The translations under genes were made by a program, and so were the position numbers. The notes under the pieces are model-generated. The model saw nothing but the letters and a program-made list of their open reading frames with translations. It made no database searches and was not told where the DNA came from. 64,000 bases of DNA from NCBI GenBank assembly GCA_033764015.1, contig JANRJK010000013.1:352001-416000 (forward strand), written 5' to 3'. Shown here one piece after another: positions 29,348 through 39,306 of this stretch (the first letter of the stretch is position 1; the number at the start of each line of letters is the position of its first letter). The stretch comes from Candidatus Sumerlaeia bacterium (GTDB taxonomy: Bacteria > Sumerlaeota > Sumerlaeia > SLMS01 > JANRJK01).

Positions 29348-30433
29348 TCAAACAACTAGCAGGTTCTTCGGCGTCTTGCTCAGGACCGCGACGCCCTTCG
29401 CCGTGACCACCGCCAGGTCCTCGATCCGCACACCCCCGACGCCCGGGATGTAGATGCCCGGCTCGATCGTGATCACCATGCCCGGCTCGAGGATGTCCGC
29501 GGACGTCGTCGCGAGGCGCGGCTGCTCGTGGATCTCGATGCCCACGCCATGGCCGAGGCTATGCCCGAAATACTCGCCGAAGCCCGCCTTCTCGATGGCG
29601 TTCCGCGCGAGCGCGTCGGCCTCCTTGCCGGTCATTCCCGGCCGGATGCCGGCGATCGCGGCCTCGTTCGCCTCCAGGCAGACGCCGTAGATCTCCGTGA
29701 ACTTCTTCGACGCCTTGCCGATGGCGAAGGTGCGCGTAAGGTCCGAGCAGTAGCCCTCCACCACGCCACCCAGATCCACCGTCACCGGATCGCCGGACTT
29801 GAGCTTCCGCTTTCCGGGGGTATGGTGGGGGCTCGAGCTGTTCGGCCCCGAGGCGACGATGTTCTCGAAGGACTCGCCAGTCCCGCCGAGGTCCTCCGAC
29901 GCGCGGCGGATCGCCTTAGACAATTCCGACTCGGGCATTCCGGCGCGCGCGGTCTCGACCGCCAGGTGCATCATCGCATCGGCCAGCTTCGCCGCCTTGC
30001 GCACGGACTTCAGCTCCGACTCCGACTTCACGGCGCGCAGCTTGAGGATCGCGCTTTCGGCGGGCGTCCACTTCGCGCCCCGCGCGTACTTCTTCAGGCG
30101 GTCGAGCTCGGCCACCGTGATCGACGATTCGTGGCCGACGCGCTTCCCCTTCAGCGGCGCGAAGAAGTCGCGGTAGTACTCGAGCGCCTTCTCGCGCGGC
30201 TGGCAGCGCACTTCGACGCCCTCCGGCGCCTCGCGCGACGCCGCCTCCGCGTACCGCGAATCGGTGAAGAGCACCGCGCGCTTCCCGTCCACCGCGAGGA
30301 TCGAGAAGCTGCCCGCGAATCCGGACAGGTAGCGCGTGTTCACGCGGTTCATCACCACGGCGGCGTCGATCTTCAGATCGGCGAAGCGGCTGCGGAACTT
30401 CTTCAGGCGGTCTGCGAACTCGTTGGCGGCCAT
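29348..30433 (-). CDS. Xaa-Pro aminopeptidase/dipeptidase (M24B)
   Basis: DSRY, DLG, YCSDLTRT, HSLGHGVG.EIHE, TIEPGIY, GVRIED. Confidence 0.93.
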   Translation of the reverse strand: MAANEFADRLKKFRSRFADLKIDAAVVMNRVNTRYLSGFAGSFSILAVDGKRAVLFTDSRYAEAASREAPEGVEVRCQPREKALEYYRDFFAPLKGKRVGHESSITVAELDRLKKYARGAKWTPAESAILKLRAVKSESELKSVRKAAKLADAMMHLAVETARAGMPESELSKAIRRASEDLGGTGESFENIVASGPNSSSPHHTPGKRKLKSGDPVTVDLGGVVEGYCSDLTRTFAIGKASKKFTEIYGVCLEANEAAIAGIRPGMTGKEADALARNAIEKAGFGEYFGHSLGHGVGIEIHEQPRLATTSADILEPGMVITIEPGIYIPGVGGVRIEDLAVVTAKGVAVLSKTPKNLLVV

Positions 30434-30503
30434 GCGCTGCTCCTCGGTGTGTTCGAGGGGTAGGTGAACGCGCGGGCGGAGCAAAGGCAAGCGCCGCGCG
30501 GGG

Positions 30504-32702
30504 TCAAGGAACCGTCGGCTGGTCCTCGCGCAGGAGCACGTAGCTGCGGTTCGCCGCCACGCGGTCGAAGCGGCGCCGCCCGTAGAACCGCTCGACCGCC
30601 GCGAGCTCGTCGTACTCGAGCAGCACGAAGTCGCGGTCGCCGTCCTCGAAGAACGGGTCCAGCTCGTCGAGGCGCGCCTCCGGCACCTGCCGCGCGCCGG
30701 GTTCGTCCGCCGCGGCGTTGGATCGCCCGTCCATCAGGACGACGAGCGAATCCCCCGGGGTGCGTTCGCGGCGGTACTGCGCGACCAGGGAACGGAAGTC
30801 GAACGCCTCGCGGTACTCGCCGTAAACCACCGTGCCCGCCGCGGCGACCGCCAGCGCCGCCACCGCGAGTGCCACGGTGCGCGCGCGTCGCCGGATCCGG
30901 CGGTCGCGGAACCTCGAACCGCTCTCGGCGAGCGCGCGCGCCGCGTCGATCACATCGGCCCACAGCCAGCGCGCCGCCAGCCCCGCCGTCACCGTCGCCA
31001 CCACTGCGTAGGTCGGATTGCCGCCCCGGGCGAGCAGTGTTCCGAGCGGCAGCGCGTACCAGAGCACGGCGGGGGAGCGCAGGTTGATGGCGCCGCGCCC
31101 AGCCATCATGTACCAGAGCGGCACCCAGAAGAGCGCGTAGTAGTAGCGGCCGAACGGCGTCGCCCAGGCCAGCCACGCAAGCCAGACGGCGAACAGCTTC
31201 CAATGCGCCTCGCGGCGCCCCGCGAGCAGCGCCGTCGCCGCCAGGAGTGCCACGCCTGAAACCTGCATGGCCAAGGCCGCCGCGGCGGCCACCCCAGGGG
31301 AGTCGAGCCAGACGCTCAGCTCGACCATGTATGCGAGCGGCGACTGGTTGTCGCTCATCGAGAGGGGACGCCCGGAGGCGAAGGTCTCCAGCGGGTGCTG
31401 CAGCGCCACCATCCGGCCCCATGCCAGATGATGGTAGAGGGTGGAGGCCCAGCCATCGGTCAACGCGCCCAGCAGGAACGTCGAGGCGAGCGCCAGCGAA
31501 ACCGCCGTCGCCGCGAACCACCACCGCCCCCGCAACACCCCGAGGCCTACCAACGCGAGCGGCAATGTCTTCACCAGGATCGCACCGGCGAGCAGCCCGC
31601 CCGCGGTGAACTGGATCCCCCGGGCCAGCAGCGCGAACGACAGCATCGAAAGGAACACGGTGAACGCCACCAGCTGGTTGTTCTGCACCGTGAAGTAGGC
31701 CGGCACCGCCAAGCAGACCGAGAGCCACCAGAGCCGGTGCGCGCAGAGCGCGCGATCCTCCGTGGCCGGCAGCAGGCAGCGGGCCCCGATCAGGAAGATG
31801 CCGGCGACCGCGCACAGGTTCAGCGCGAGGAAGAGCGCGAAGCCGAAGGGCTCCGACTCGACGAACGGCGTCAGTAGCGCCTTAGCCCCCGGCAGGTAGC
31901 CGAACAGGTCCTTGTCCGGACCCGTCGCCACCGCGAGCGGATCATGCACGAAGTCCCGGTAGTGCGACCATTCGGGCCGGCCGCGCGCGTGCTTCGACAC
32001 GGCCTCCGCGGAAGCGCCTGCCATCGCGATCCAAAGCGGCGCCGTGGACCGCGCGACCGTCCCGCGGGAAAGGGCCCGCAGCGGGGAGGGGGGAGCTTCG
32101 CGACAACCCCTCGACAGCAGTTCCCGCTCCGCGCGCACCGCCCCCGCCAAACGGCCCGCCGCGCGGGAAACCCAGCGCAGCGGATCGGCTGGCGGATCGC
32201 CCGCCGCGTGTGGCTCGTCCGGATGCACCAGATGGGCCGCGCCGAAGTCCGCAAGCCCGGTCGGCGCCGCAGCCGTTGGTGCCCGCAGCAGCATCGCACC
32301 ACCGCGCACCCCCGCGGGGATCTCTGCCAAATGCCAGATCGCCGGCCTCAGCACGTCCGCCGCTTCTAGTCCAGCGGAGCGCCCCGCCTCCGCGAAACGC
32401 GGCGCGACGGCGGTGTGGCTGGACCAGTCCTCGGGCGGTAGGAGGAGGATGAAATCCGCCTGTTCCGCCGCTTGCACAAGATGGCGCCGGTCCGCCCGCG
32501 ATGCGCGGAAGACCGTCAGGACGACGACGGCGGCGCGCTCCGTCGCTGACGGATCGGCGTCACTGGCGGGCAAGCCCGCCGCGGCGGCACGCCAAACCTC
32601 CGCGTCTCGTCCCTGGAATACAATGGTCCGTCCCTCGACGATCCTCGAAAGAGCGGCGACCAGCTCGACGCGCCATGCACCTTGCGAGGGGCCGCTATCC
32701 AC
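30504..32702 (-). CDS. GT-C fold (GT87-like) membrane glycosyltransferase with extra N- and C-terminal domains
   Basis: FGYLPGAKALLTPF, QNNQL, AILVKTLP, NQS motifs with about 10 TMs; start uncertain. Confidence 0.65.
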   Translation of the reverse strand: MDSGPSQGAWRVELVAALSRIVEGRTIVFQGRDAEVWRAAAAGLPASDADPSATERAAVVVLTVFRASRADRRHLVQAAEQADFILLLPPEDWSSHTAVAPRFAEAGRSAGLEAADVLRPAIWHLAEIPAGVRGGAMLLRAPTAAAPTGLADFGAAHLVHPDEPHAAGDPPADPLRWVSRAAGRLAGAVRAERELLSRGCREAPPSPLRALSRGTVARSTAPLWIAMAGASAEAVSKHARGRPEWSHYRDFVHDPLAVATGPDKDLFGYLPGAKALLTPFVESEPFGFALFLALNLCAVAGIFLIGARCLLPATEDRALCAHRLWWLSVCLAVPAYFTVQNNQLVAFTVFLSMLSFALLARGIQFTAGGLLAGAILVKTLPLALVGLGVLRGRWWFAATAVSLALASTFLLGALTDGWASTLYHHLAWGRMVALQHPLETFASGRPLSMSDNQSPLAYMVELSVWLDSPGVAAAAALAMQVSGVALLAATALLAGRREAHWKLFAVWLAWLAWATPFGRYYYALFWVPLWYMMAGRGAINLRSPAVLWYALPLGTLLARGGNPTYAVVATVTAGLAARWLWADVIDAARALAESGSRFRDRRIRRRARTVALAVAALAVAAAGTVVYGEYREAFDFRSLVAQYRRERTPGDSLVVLMDGRSNAAADEPGARQVPEARLDELDPFFEDGDRDFVLLEYDELAAVERFYGRRRFDRVAANRSYVLLREDQPTVP

Positions 32703-32804
32703 CTACTACCGCCGATCCGGGACTCCCCGGTTGCTGGGCCTGAATCCGAAGATCGAATGAGAAAGGGTGCCGCGCAACCGTCCGGGCAAGCGGTGATGGA
32801 CCCC

Positions 32805-33764
32805 TCACCGCTCCACAGCGAAGAATTCCCAGACCTTGGCTGTCGCATCCAGTGTCCCCGAATCAGGGCCGACAACCGCCTCGGGCAGAGGAGAAGCGTC
32901 GCCGGGCCAGTTGTGGCCGTGGCCCTTCACGACGATGAAGAGCACCTCCTCCCGCGAGCCTTCCTTGCCCCATCGCCGGGTGAGGAATTCGCGCGAATCC
33001 TCGACGACCGCCGGCTCACCCTTGTTCCCGTTCAGGCGCGCCCAGCGCTCCGGACTTGTGATCGCCGGGGGCATCTCCGTCTTCCGGAGGCCGATGCCCA
33101 CGCGCCCACCCTCCAACGGCACCAGCGGGTCCTCGCTCCCCGTGATCTGCAGCAGCGGCACCGGCGACTCGCGCGGCGGGTCGTCGACTCGGAAATGCCC
33201 CGCCACCACACCGACCGCCGCGAAGCGTTCCGGGTGCTCCGCCGCCACGCGGTACGCCATTCCGGAGCCGTTCGAGTGCCCCGCGACGAAGACGCGCGCC
33301 GAATCCACCGGCGTGCGCTTGGCCACTTCGTCCAGCAGCGCGACCAGGAAGCCCGAATCGTCGATTCCCTTGCCGGCGGCGGATTGGCTGCCGGTGGAGA
33401 GGCTCGCCTTCCCGCCGTCGTTCCAAGTCTGCGGATTCCCTGTCAGGCTCCGGGGCTTCTCCTCATCGCGCGGCGTGCCATTGGGCAGCACCAGCACCGC
33501 CCCCTCGCGCCGCGCGAGCGCGACCCAGGACGAGCGGCGGTCGAGGTGCTCGGCCGAGCCACCTCCGCCGTGCAGCATCAGCACGAGCGGCCATCCCGCC
33601 TTCGGGGGCGCGCCTTCGGGCACGCGGACGATCGCGTTCCGCGTCCGCCCGGCGTGCTCCAAGGTGATCTTGTTGCGGCCCGGCTTCAACGGTTCCGCCA
33701 CGGCGATGGAACTCCAGAGCAGGATGAGGAGGAGAAGGGGACCGGATTGGAGATAAAATCGCAT
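32805..33764 (-). CDS. Secreted PHB-depolymerase/LpqC-like esterase (alpha/beta hydrolase)
   Basis: Signal peptide, LHGGGG, DDSGF, GHSNG nucleophile motif, GSEDPLVP, GHNWPG. Confidence 0.88.
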   Translation of the reverse strand: MRFYLQSGPLLLLILLWSSIAVAEPLKPGRNKITLEHAGRTRNAIVRVPEGAPPKAGWPLVLMLHGGGGSAEHLDRRSSWVALARREGAVLVLPNGTPRDEEKPRSLTGNPQTWNDGGKASLSTGSQSAAGKGIDDSGFLVALLDEVAKRTPVDSARVFVAGHSNGSGMAYRVAAEHPERFAAVGVVAGHFRVDDPPRESPVPLLQITGSEDPLVPLEGGRVGIGLRKTEMPPAITSPERWARLNGNKGEPAVVEDSREFLTRRWGKEGSREEVLFIVVKGHGHNWPGDASPLPEAVVGPDSGTLDATAKVWEFFAVER

Positions 33765-33888
33765 CGGCGCGGCCTCGCGGGTAGGATGAGTATAGCGGAG
33801 GCCGTCGCCATGCCAATGCGCTGGAAGCAGTGCGCCGCCCGGGGCACGGGGCTCCGGGCGGCGCTTCCAAGTCGAACGGCCTGAGCGC

Positions 33889-34509
33889 TCAGCGCGCGCC
33901 GGTGGCCTTCTTCAGCTTCTCCGCCACGGCGTCCCAGTGCACCACCTGCATGAACGCCTTCGTGTACTCCGGCCGGCGGTTCTGGTACTTCAGGTAGTAC
34001 GCGTGTTCCCAAACGTCCACCATCAGGATCGGCACCACGCCCCACTGCGAAAGGTTCTGGTGCTGCTCGCTCTGGAGGATCACGAGGTCGTCCACCTGCG
34101 GACGGTAGGCGAGGACGCCCCAGCCGCTGGCCTGCACGGTGTTCGAGGCGGCAAGGAACTGCGCCTGGAACTTGTCGTAGTCGCCGAAGGAGCGCGCGAT
34201 CGCGTCGGCGAGATCGCCGTTCGGCTTGCCGCCGCCCTTGCCGCCCTTCTCCGCGGGCGCGTGCATCGTCTCCCAGAAGAGGACGTGGTTGAAGTGGCCG
34301 GAGCCATGGAACGCGCACTCGCGGCTGAGATGCTTCACCGCGGCGAAGTCGCCCTTCTCGCGGGCCTCCGCCAGCTTCGCCTCCGCGGCGTTCAGGCCGT
34401 CCACGTAGCTCTTGTGGTGCAGGTCGTGGTGGAGGCGCATGGTCTGCTCGTCGATGTACGGTTCGAGCGCGTTGTAGTCGTAGGGCAGGGGGGGAAGTGT
34501 GTGGGCCAT
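33889..34509 (-). CDS. sod: Fe/Mn superoxide dismutase
   Basis: LPYDYNALEP, HHDLHH, DVWEHAYY; AAGGAG RBS. Confidence 0.96.
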   Translation of the reverse strand: MAHTLPPLPYDYNALEPYIDEQTMRLHHDLHHKSYVDGLNAAEAKLAEAREKGDFAAVKHLSRECAFHGSGHFNHVLFWETMHAPAEKGGKGGGKPNGDLADAIARSFGDYDKFQAQFLAASNTVQASGWGVLAYRPQVDDLVILQSEQHQNLSQWGVVPILMVDVWEHAYYLKYQNRRPEYTKAFMQVVHWDAVAEKLKKATGAR

Positions 34510-34591
34510 GATGGCACAACTCCTTGGCGTGGGAATGGGGGATTGGTGTCCTTCGGCCCGTGATGGTTCAAGATCGGTGCCACGGAAGCAA

Positions 34592-34621
34592 GCGCGCCCG
34601 CCCCGTGGAGGGCGGGCGCGC
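34592..34621 (-). terminator. Terminator ending the collagen/GT2/small-protein operon
   Basis: gcgcgcccgccc/gggcgggcgcgc perfect 12-bp stem followed by ttgctt on the minus strand. Confidence 0.65.
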
Positions 34622-34656
34622 AGGTTGATTGGTCGTATTGTCCGAGTGCCGCCGGC

Positions 34657-34968
34657 CTACTCGTAGTGCACCCAGGACGCCGCGCCCTCCGCGACGAAGG
34701 CGCCGGAGGTCGGCTCCAGCGAGGGTCCCATGAACACCGTGAAGCCGCTCACCGTCGCGCCATGGCCCGAGACGATCGCGCCGTTGTGCGTGCTGATGAA
34801 GGCCCCCGTCGGCGCCGAGACGATGCCGCCGCCCATGCTCCCGACCGAGTCCTCGAAGAGTTGGAACAAGTCGGTTGTCAGCGGCACCGCGAGCGCCGCG
34901 CCCGCGGCGAGCGCGCAGGCCACGACCGCGATACGCTTGCGGGTGCGGTTGGTGGGTCGGGAGTTCAT
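34657..34968 (-). CDS. Small secreted protein (103 aa) ending in SWVHYE
   Basis: Signal peptide MNSRPTNRTRKRIAVVACALAAGAALA; Gly-rich mature part; AAGGA RBS. Confidence 0.8.
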   Translation of the reverse strand: MNSRPTNRTRKRIAVVACALAAGAALAVPLTTDLFQLFEDSVGSMGGGIVSAPTGAFISTHNGAIVSGHGATVSGFTVFMGPSLEPTSGAFVAEGAASWVHYE

Positions 34969-34998
34969 CGGGCGTCTTCCTTTCGAGTCGGGTCGCTG

Positions 34999-36087
34999 CT
35001 AACCGAAGTACTTAGCGTTGCCTTGGATCCGTTCGTTCTTCGGGGCCATCGCGGCGGCAGCGCGCCAGTGCGCGCGCGCCTTCTCCTGCTGGCCCAGCTT
35101 ATGGTACGCGATGGAGGCCACATCGTGCGGCTCCCACGTGTAGATCGACGTGCGGGAGGTGTACTCGGCGAGCTGCTCGCCGGGGATGATGGCGGCGGCG
35201 GCTTCTGCCCAGACGGCGGCCTGCTGCCACTTCTCGCGCGTGTAGAAGTGCATCGCGAGCGCGTGGTACGGCTCGCGGCGCAGCGGCGCCTCGAGCACCG
35301 CGGCCATCAGCTGCGAAAGCGCCTCCTGCTCCTTCCCGAGCCGGACTAGGCATTCGGCCATCTTAAGCCGCGCGTCGGCCCGCTCCGGCGCCCAGCGGCT
35401 CCGGTCGAGGCACTCCTGGAAGGCGGCGACCGCCTCGTCGTTCCGGCCGTGGTAGTACAGCTCGCGGGCGAGGTAGAAGCGGAAGCGGGACGACATCGGG
35501 TTCTCCGCCACTTCCTCGCGGAGCAGTTGCAGGTCCCGTTCCTTCCGCATCTGCGTCGAGCCCGGCTTGGGCCAGTGTTCGAGGACGATGTCGTCGAAGT
35601 GCTCCCAGGTGTCCTTGTTGATGACGCCGTGGAGTGCCTCGTGCGCCCGTCCGGTCCACTTGTAGAGGCGCGGGTCGAAGATCACTTGGCGAGCGAATGT
35701 CACCGTCGGGACGCCGTGCTCGTCGTGGTCCCAATGGTAGTTGAAGCTCATCAGGCGGCGGCCCCGGGCGTAGGCGTCCTCGATGCGGGCGCGGAGCCGC
35801 TCGCCGCCGGCGCCGAGCACCTCGTCCGCGTCGATGTTCACGACCACCTGCGCGTGCGGCGAAGCGCTCTCCGCCGCCATGTTACGGGCCTTGGCGAAGC
35901 TCTTGGGCCACTCCGCGCGCTGCACGCGGGCGCCGTAGCGCTCCGCGACCGCGATCGTGCCGTCCGTCGAGCCGGTGTCCGTGATGACCAACTCGTCCCA
36001 GAACTTCTTGGGACCCTGCACGCTATCGAGGCAGCGTGCGAGCACCGTCTCCTCGTTCTTCACCACCATGACCATGCTGATGAACAT
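34999..36087 (-). CDS. GT2 glycosyltransferase with C-terminal TPRs
   Basis: MVVKNEE...RCLDS, DTGSTDGT, FAKARN, DADE, W.GRAHE, FYLARELY TPRs. Confidence 0.92.
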   Translation of the reverse strand: MFISMVMVVKNEETVLARCLDSVQGPKKFWDELVITDTGSTDGTIAVAERYGARVQRAEWPKSFAKARNMAAESASPHAQVVVNIDADEVLGAGGERLRARIEDAYARGRRLMSFNYHWDHDEHGVPTVTFARQVIFDPRLYKWTGRAHEALHGVINKDTWEHFDDIVLEHWPKPGSTQMRKERDLQLLREEVAENPMSSRFRFYLARELYYHGRNDEAVAAFQECLDRSRWAPERADARLKMAECLVRLGKEQEALSQLMAAVLEAPLRREPYHALAMHFYTREKWQQAAVWAEAAAAIIPGEQLAEYTSRTSIYTWEPHDVASIAYHKLGQQEKARAHWRAAAAMAPKNERIQGNAKYFG

Positions 36088-36167
36088 GTCGGTTCCGTGT
36101 CCTGCGGTTGTGGGGTTGGGTCCGGGGCGGCCGTCGTCGGGCCGCCCCGGGGGATCGTCTGAGCGTC

Positions 36168-38057
36168 TTACTCCTGCGCGATGTACGCGAAGCGCAACCC
36201 GTAGAAGTACAGGTCCGCGGCGTTCGGATCGGAGGCCGCGCTGCCGTTGCGCCACACCACGAGGTGGATCACGTCGCCGGGAGCCCATGCGGTGGGCGAG
36301 TTGGCGTAGCTGTCGCCGGGCTCGGGGAACGTGATCGACTCGATGCGGGACTGCGCCGGGTTGTTCGACTCCATCTCGTTCGCGCCGGCGCCCGCACCGT
36401 CGCGGAAGTTGTAGCGGAACGGATTGTCGGTGGTCGACGTGCTGAACTCCAGGATGTGGCGGAAGTTGATGTTCACATCCACCTTGCGGTTCGCGAGCCC
36501 CTCGTTGGTGGACCAGAACATTGTCATGCGCGGGATCGGCTGCCCCGGCAGGTAGTCCGACGGCACCATGAACGTGATGTGCATGCCGTCGATGTTGCTG
36601 TTGCGGAGCGAGTAGGTGTGGGGCCGCTCGCGCTGGCCGGGGACGCCGAACTGGCCGGAGCCGAAGTTGAAGCCCGAATCGGGAGTGGTGCCCGAGATGT
36701 TGAGCGGCATGAACTCGATCGGCGCCAGGAAGTGCTGCCGGTACTTGCCGGTGAAGTCCACCGGCGGATCCAGATACCAGTTGGTGAACGTTGTCGAGCC
36801 GGCGTCCGCGGCGCGGTCCATCGTGACGACGAGCGACGTGCCCGTCTGCGAAGTAACCGTCCCTTCCATGAACGTGTCCGCGTCGTTGCGCGCCGTGATG
36901 CGCGATCCCACGCGATAGGTCAGGCTGGCGGGAATCGTGAACGTGACCGCGCCCGAGGCGGCGACAGCCACCGCCGGGGACGTCGTGCCGGGCACGTAGA
37001 CCGTACCGGAAGGACCGGTGGGGCCGGTGGGGCCGACACCGCCCGGGGTGCCCTGCGGGCCGGTGGGGCCGGTCGGGCCGGTGGGGCCCTGCGCACCATC
37101 TGCACCATCAGCACCGTCGGCGCCCGGAGGACCTGCCGGACCGGTGGGGCCTTGCGCACCATCGGCGCCGTCGGCGCCCGGAGGGCCTGCCGGGCCGGTG
37201 GGGCCCTGCGCACCATCAGCACCGTCGGCGCCCGGAGGGCCTGCCGGACCGGTGGGGCCTTGCGCACCATCGGCACCGTCGGCGCCCGGAGGGCCTGCCG
37301 GGCCGGTGGGGCCCTGCGCACCATCTGCACCATCAGCACCGTCGGCGCCCGGAGGGCCTGCCGGGCCGGTCGGGCCCTGCGCACCATCTGCACCATCAGC
37401 ACCGTCGGCGCCCGGAGGGCCTGCCGGGCCAGCGGGACCGGTGTCGCCCGTCAAACCGATCGGACCCTGCGGGCCCGTGTCGCCTTGAGTGCCCTGTGGA
37501 CCCTGCAGGCCGATCGGTCCCTGCGGACCGGTCGGGCCCGTCGGACCCTGCAATCCCGTCGGATCGCCCACCCACTGGCCGAGCGAGTTGATGACCAGCA
37601 TCCCGTTGATGCTGACCGAGATCGGGTCGATGTCGAAGGGCACGTCGCCGGCGATCTGCGCGAAGGGCTGCGCGACCACCCTGCGGCGCGGCGCGAAAAC
37701 TTCCGACGTCTCGAGCACCGTGTTGCGGTTGAAGTCCACCGTGAGTTGTAGGAACAGGTTCGCCGTGCCGTAGATCGAAGGCGGCGGCGACAGTTCGGCG
37801 GTGTAGAGGCTGTTCTGCACGGTGACGCCGTTGATCGTCTCGGCGTAGAGCAGGTTGCCGCCGATCGAGGCGTCGTAGAACTCGAAGCGCATCGCGTAGG
37901 AGCCGTTGGAGACCGGCGTGCCGCCGGGACCGCGCAGGCTGCCCTGCGTCGAGAAGATCACCTGCGCGTCGGCGCTTCCCGCGAATCCAAGCATCGCGGC
38001 CACCGCACCGGCGACCAGCGCCCGCCGCAGTGTCTTCCTCATTCGTTGAGTCATCAT
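36168..38057 (-). CDS. Secreted collagen-like fibre protein
   Basis: Signal peptide ending ADA-Q; N-domain QGSL...[12 protein letters not shown]; about 62 uninterrupted Gly-X-Y triplets; globular C-domain. Confidence 0.9.
   Translation of the reverse strand: MMTQRMRKTLRRALVAGAVAAMLGFAGSADAQVIFSTQGSLRGPGGTPVSNGSYAMRFEFYDASIGGNLLYAETINGVTVQNSLYTAELSPPPSIYGTANLFLQLTVDFNRNTVLETSEVFAPRRRVVAQPFAQIAGDVPFDIDPISVSINGMLVINSLGQWVGDPTGLQGPTGPTGPQGPIGLQGPQGTQGDTGPQGPIGLTGDTGPAGPAGPPGADGADGADGAQGPTGPAGPPGADGADGADGAQGPTGPAGPPGADGADGAQGPTGPAGPPGADGADGAQGPTGPAGPPGADGADGAQGPTGPAGPPGADGADGADGAQGPTGPTGPTGPQGTPGGVGPTGPTGPSGTVYVPGTTSPAVAVAASGAVTFTIPASLTYRVGSRITARNDADTFMEGTVTSQTGTSLVVTMDRAADAGSTTFTNWYLDPPVDFTGKYRQHFLAPIEFMPLNISGTTPDSGFNFGSGQFGVPGQRERPHTYSLRNSNIDGMHITFMVPSDYLPGQPIPRMTMFWSTNEGLANRKVDVNINFRHILEFSTSTTDNPFRYNFRDGAGAGANEMESNNPAQSRIESITFPEPGDSYANSPTAWAPGDVIHLVVWRNGSAASDPNAADLYFYGLRFAYIAQE
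37080..37430 (-). repeat. Tandem coding repeat, six near-identical units of 63/63/54/54/54/63 bp
   Basis: Units encode GPAGPP(GAD)2-3GAQGPT inside the collagen region. Confidence 0.92.
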
Positions 38058-38276
38058 GGGTCTTTCCTCGGCCCCCCTCGCGTGGCGTGGGGAATTCGGG
38101 TCTCGAAACCGGGTCGGAATCCGGGCGGGTGGAAGCCAAAGACGACCGGCCCGCACCGATTTCTTGCGGTCTAGCGCTTTAGTGCATGGCTCCCCGCGAC
38201 GCCAATCGTCAACGCCGATTCGCCGCGCGCCGATGGAAAGAACAGCGGTGCTGTCGGGGTTGTTGCCGAGACGGTG

Positions 38277-39101
38277 CTAGGACCCGGAGCGAAGACCTTC
38301 CCGTGCGACGCGCACGCTGACGATCTTCCAGCCGCGGTGCGTTTTCTTGAGGACGTAGGTTTCCTGCCGCTTGCGCGACTGGCCGTCCACCAAGTCCTCG
38401 CGCGCGATTTGGACCTTGGCCAAGTTGGCGCTCTCGTCCGCCAAGACAACCTCCCGCACGTGGTGCGAGTGCCGGTGCCCCGCTTCGCCCTGGTAGGCGG
38501 CGAAGCGCCGGTCCACATACTCCGTCTTCACCAGCCCGCCCTGCATTTCGTCGGAGAGGCACTCGTACTCGGTGGCGAAGTCCTGATCGTTCCAGCTTTC
38601 GACGAAGGCGCGCACCACCTGCTCCGGCGAGGCGTGGCGCAGATCGCTGGTGCTGTCGGCGCTCTCGTAGGCCGGGTCCTGCGGCTTGCCGACCGCGAGC
38701 AGCTCCGAGCCGCTGCCATAGTCGTGCGACCGGAACACGTACTCCACCTTGCCGAGTAGATCGAAGGGATCGAAGGGCTTCTGGACGAACTCGGCGACGC
38801 CGAGGCCGCGCGCCCAGAACTCGGGCGGGCGCGAGTTGTCGGCCCCGACCGCGCTGACGACGATGACGGGGATCGTGCTGGCGGTCGGGCTCGCCTTGAG
38901 GCGCTTCAGCACTTCGAGGCCGCTCATGCGCGGCATCATCAGGTCCAGCGTGATGAGGTCCCAGCGCCCCTGCTCCGCGAGCGCGAGGCCCGCCTCGCCG
39001 CCGAGCGCGGGCACCACGGAATACCCCTTCGTCTTGAGGCAGGCGCGGAGGACGTCGAGCACTTCCTGTTCGTCGTCGATGCAGAGGATGCGTCGGTTCA
39101 T
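38277..39101 (-). CDS. Response regulator (REC) with unknown C-terminal domain
   Basis: IDDE, DLMMP, VSA, QKPF; about 120-aa C-terminal domain without an evident HTH. Confidence 0.88.
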   Translation of the reverse strand: MNRRILCIDDEQEVLDVLRACLKTKGYSVVPALGGEAGLALAEQGRWDLITLDLMMPRMSGLEVLKRLKASPTASTIPVIVVSAVGADNSRPPEFWARGLGVAEFVQKPFDPFDLLGKVEYVFRSHDYGSGSELLAVGKPQDPAYESADSTSDLRHASPEQVVRAFVESWNDQDFATEYECLSDEMQGGLVKTEYVDRRFAAYQGEAGHRHSHHVREVVLADESANLAKVQIAREDLVDGQSRKRQETYVLKKTHRGWKIVSVRVAREGLRSGS

Positions 39102-39306
39102 TGCTTCGTTGGGCTCCGTGCGCCGGCCATCCGCGGGGCGGTGGCGTGATCGCGTCCGTCAGGGGCGTCTGACTTCGTGGAACATGGTCCCGCCGGGCGA
39201 AGTCGTCAAGCCCGCAACCGGCGTGCGGCATAAGCCATCATGCTTGACGGTGTGGCCCCGGGACGGCATTCCCTGCCGTCCAGCGCTCCGAAAGGTCCCG
39301 AAACCG

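Noticed and set aside
37080..37430. Regularly spaced repeats as a possible CRISPR array
   Set aside because: The units are contiguous with no unique spacers, encode Gly-X-Y, and there are no cas genes.
36168..38057. Collagen protein as a prophage tail fibre
   Set aside because: It has a Sec signal peptide and there are no phage genes in the window.
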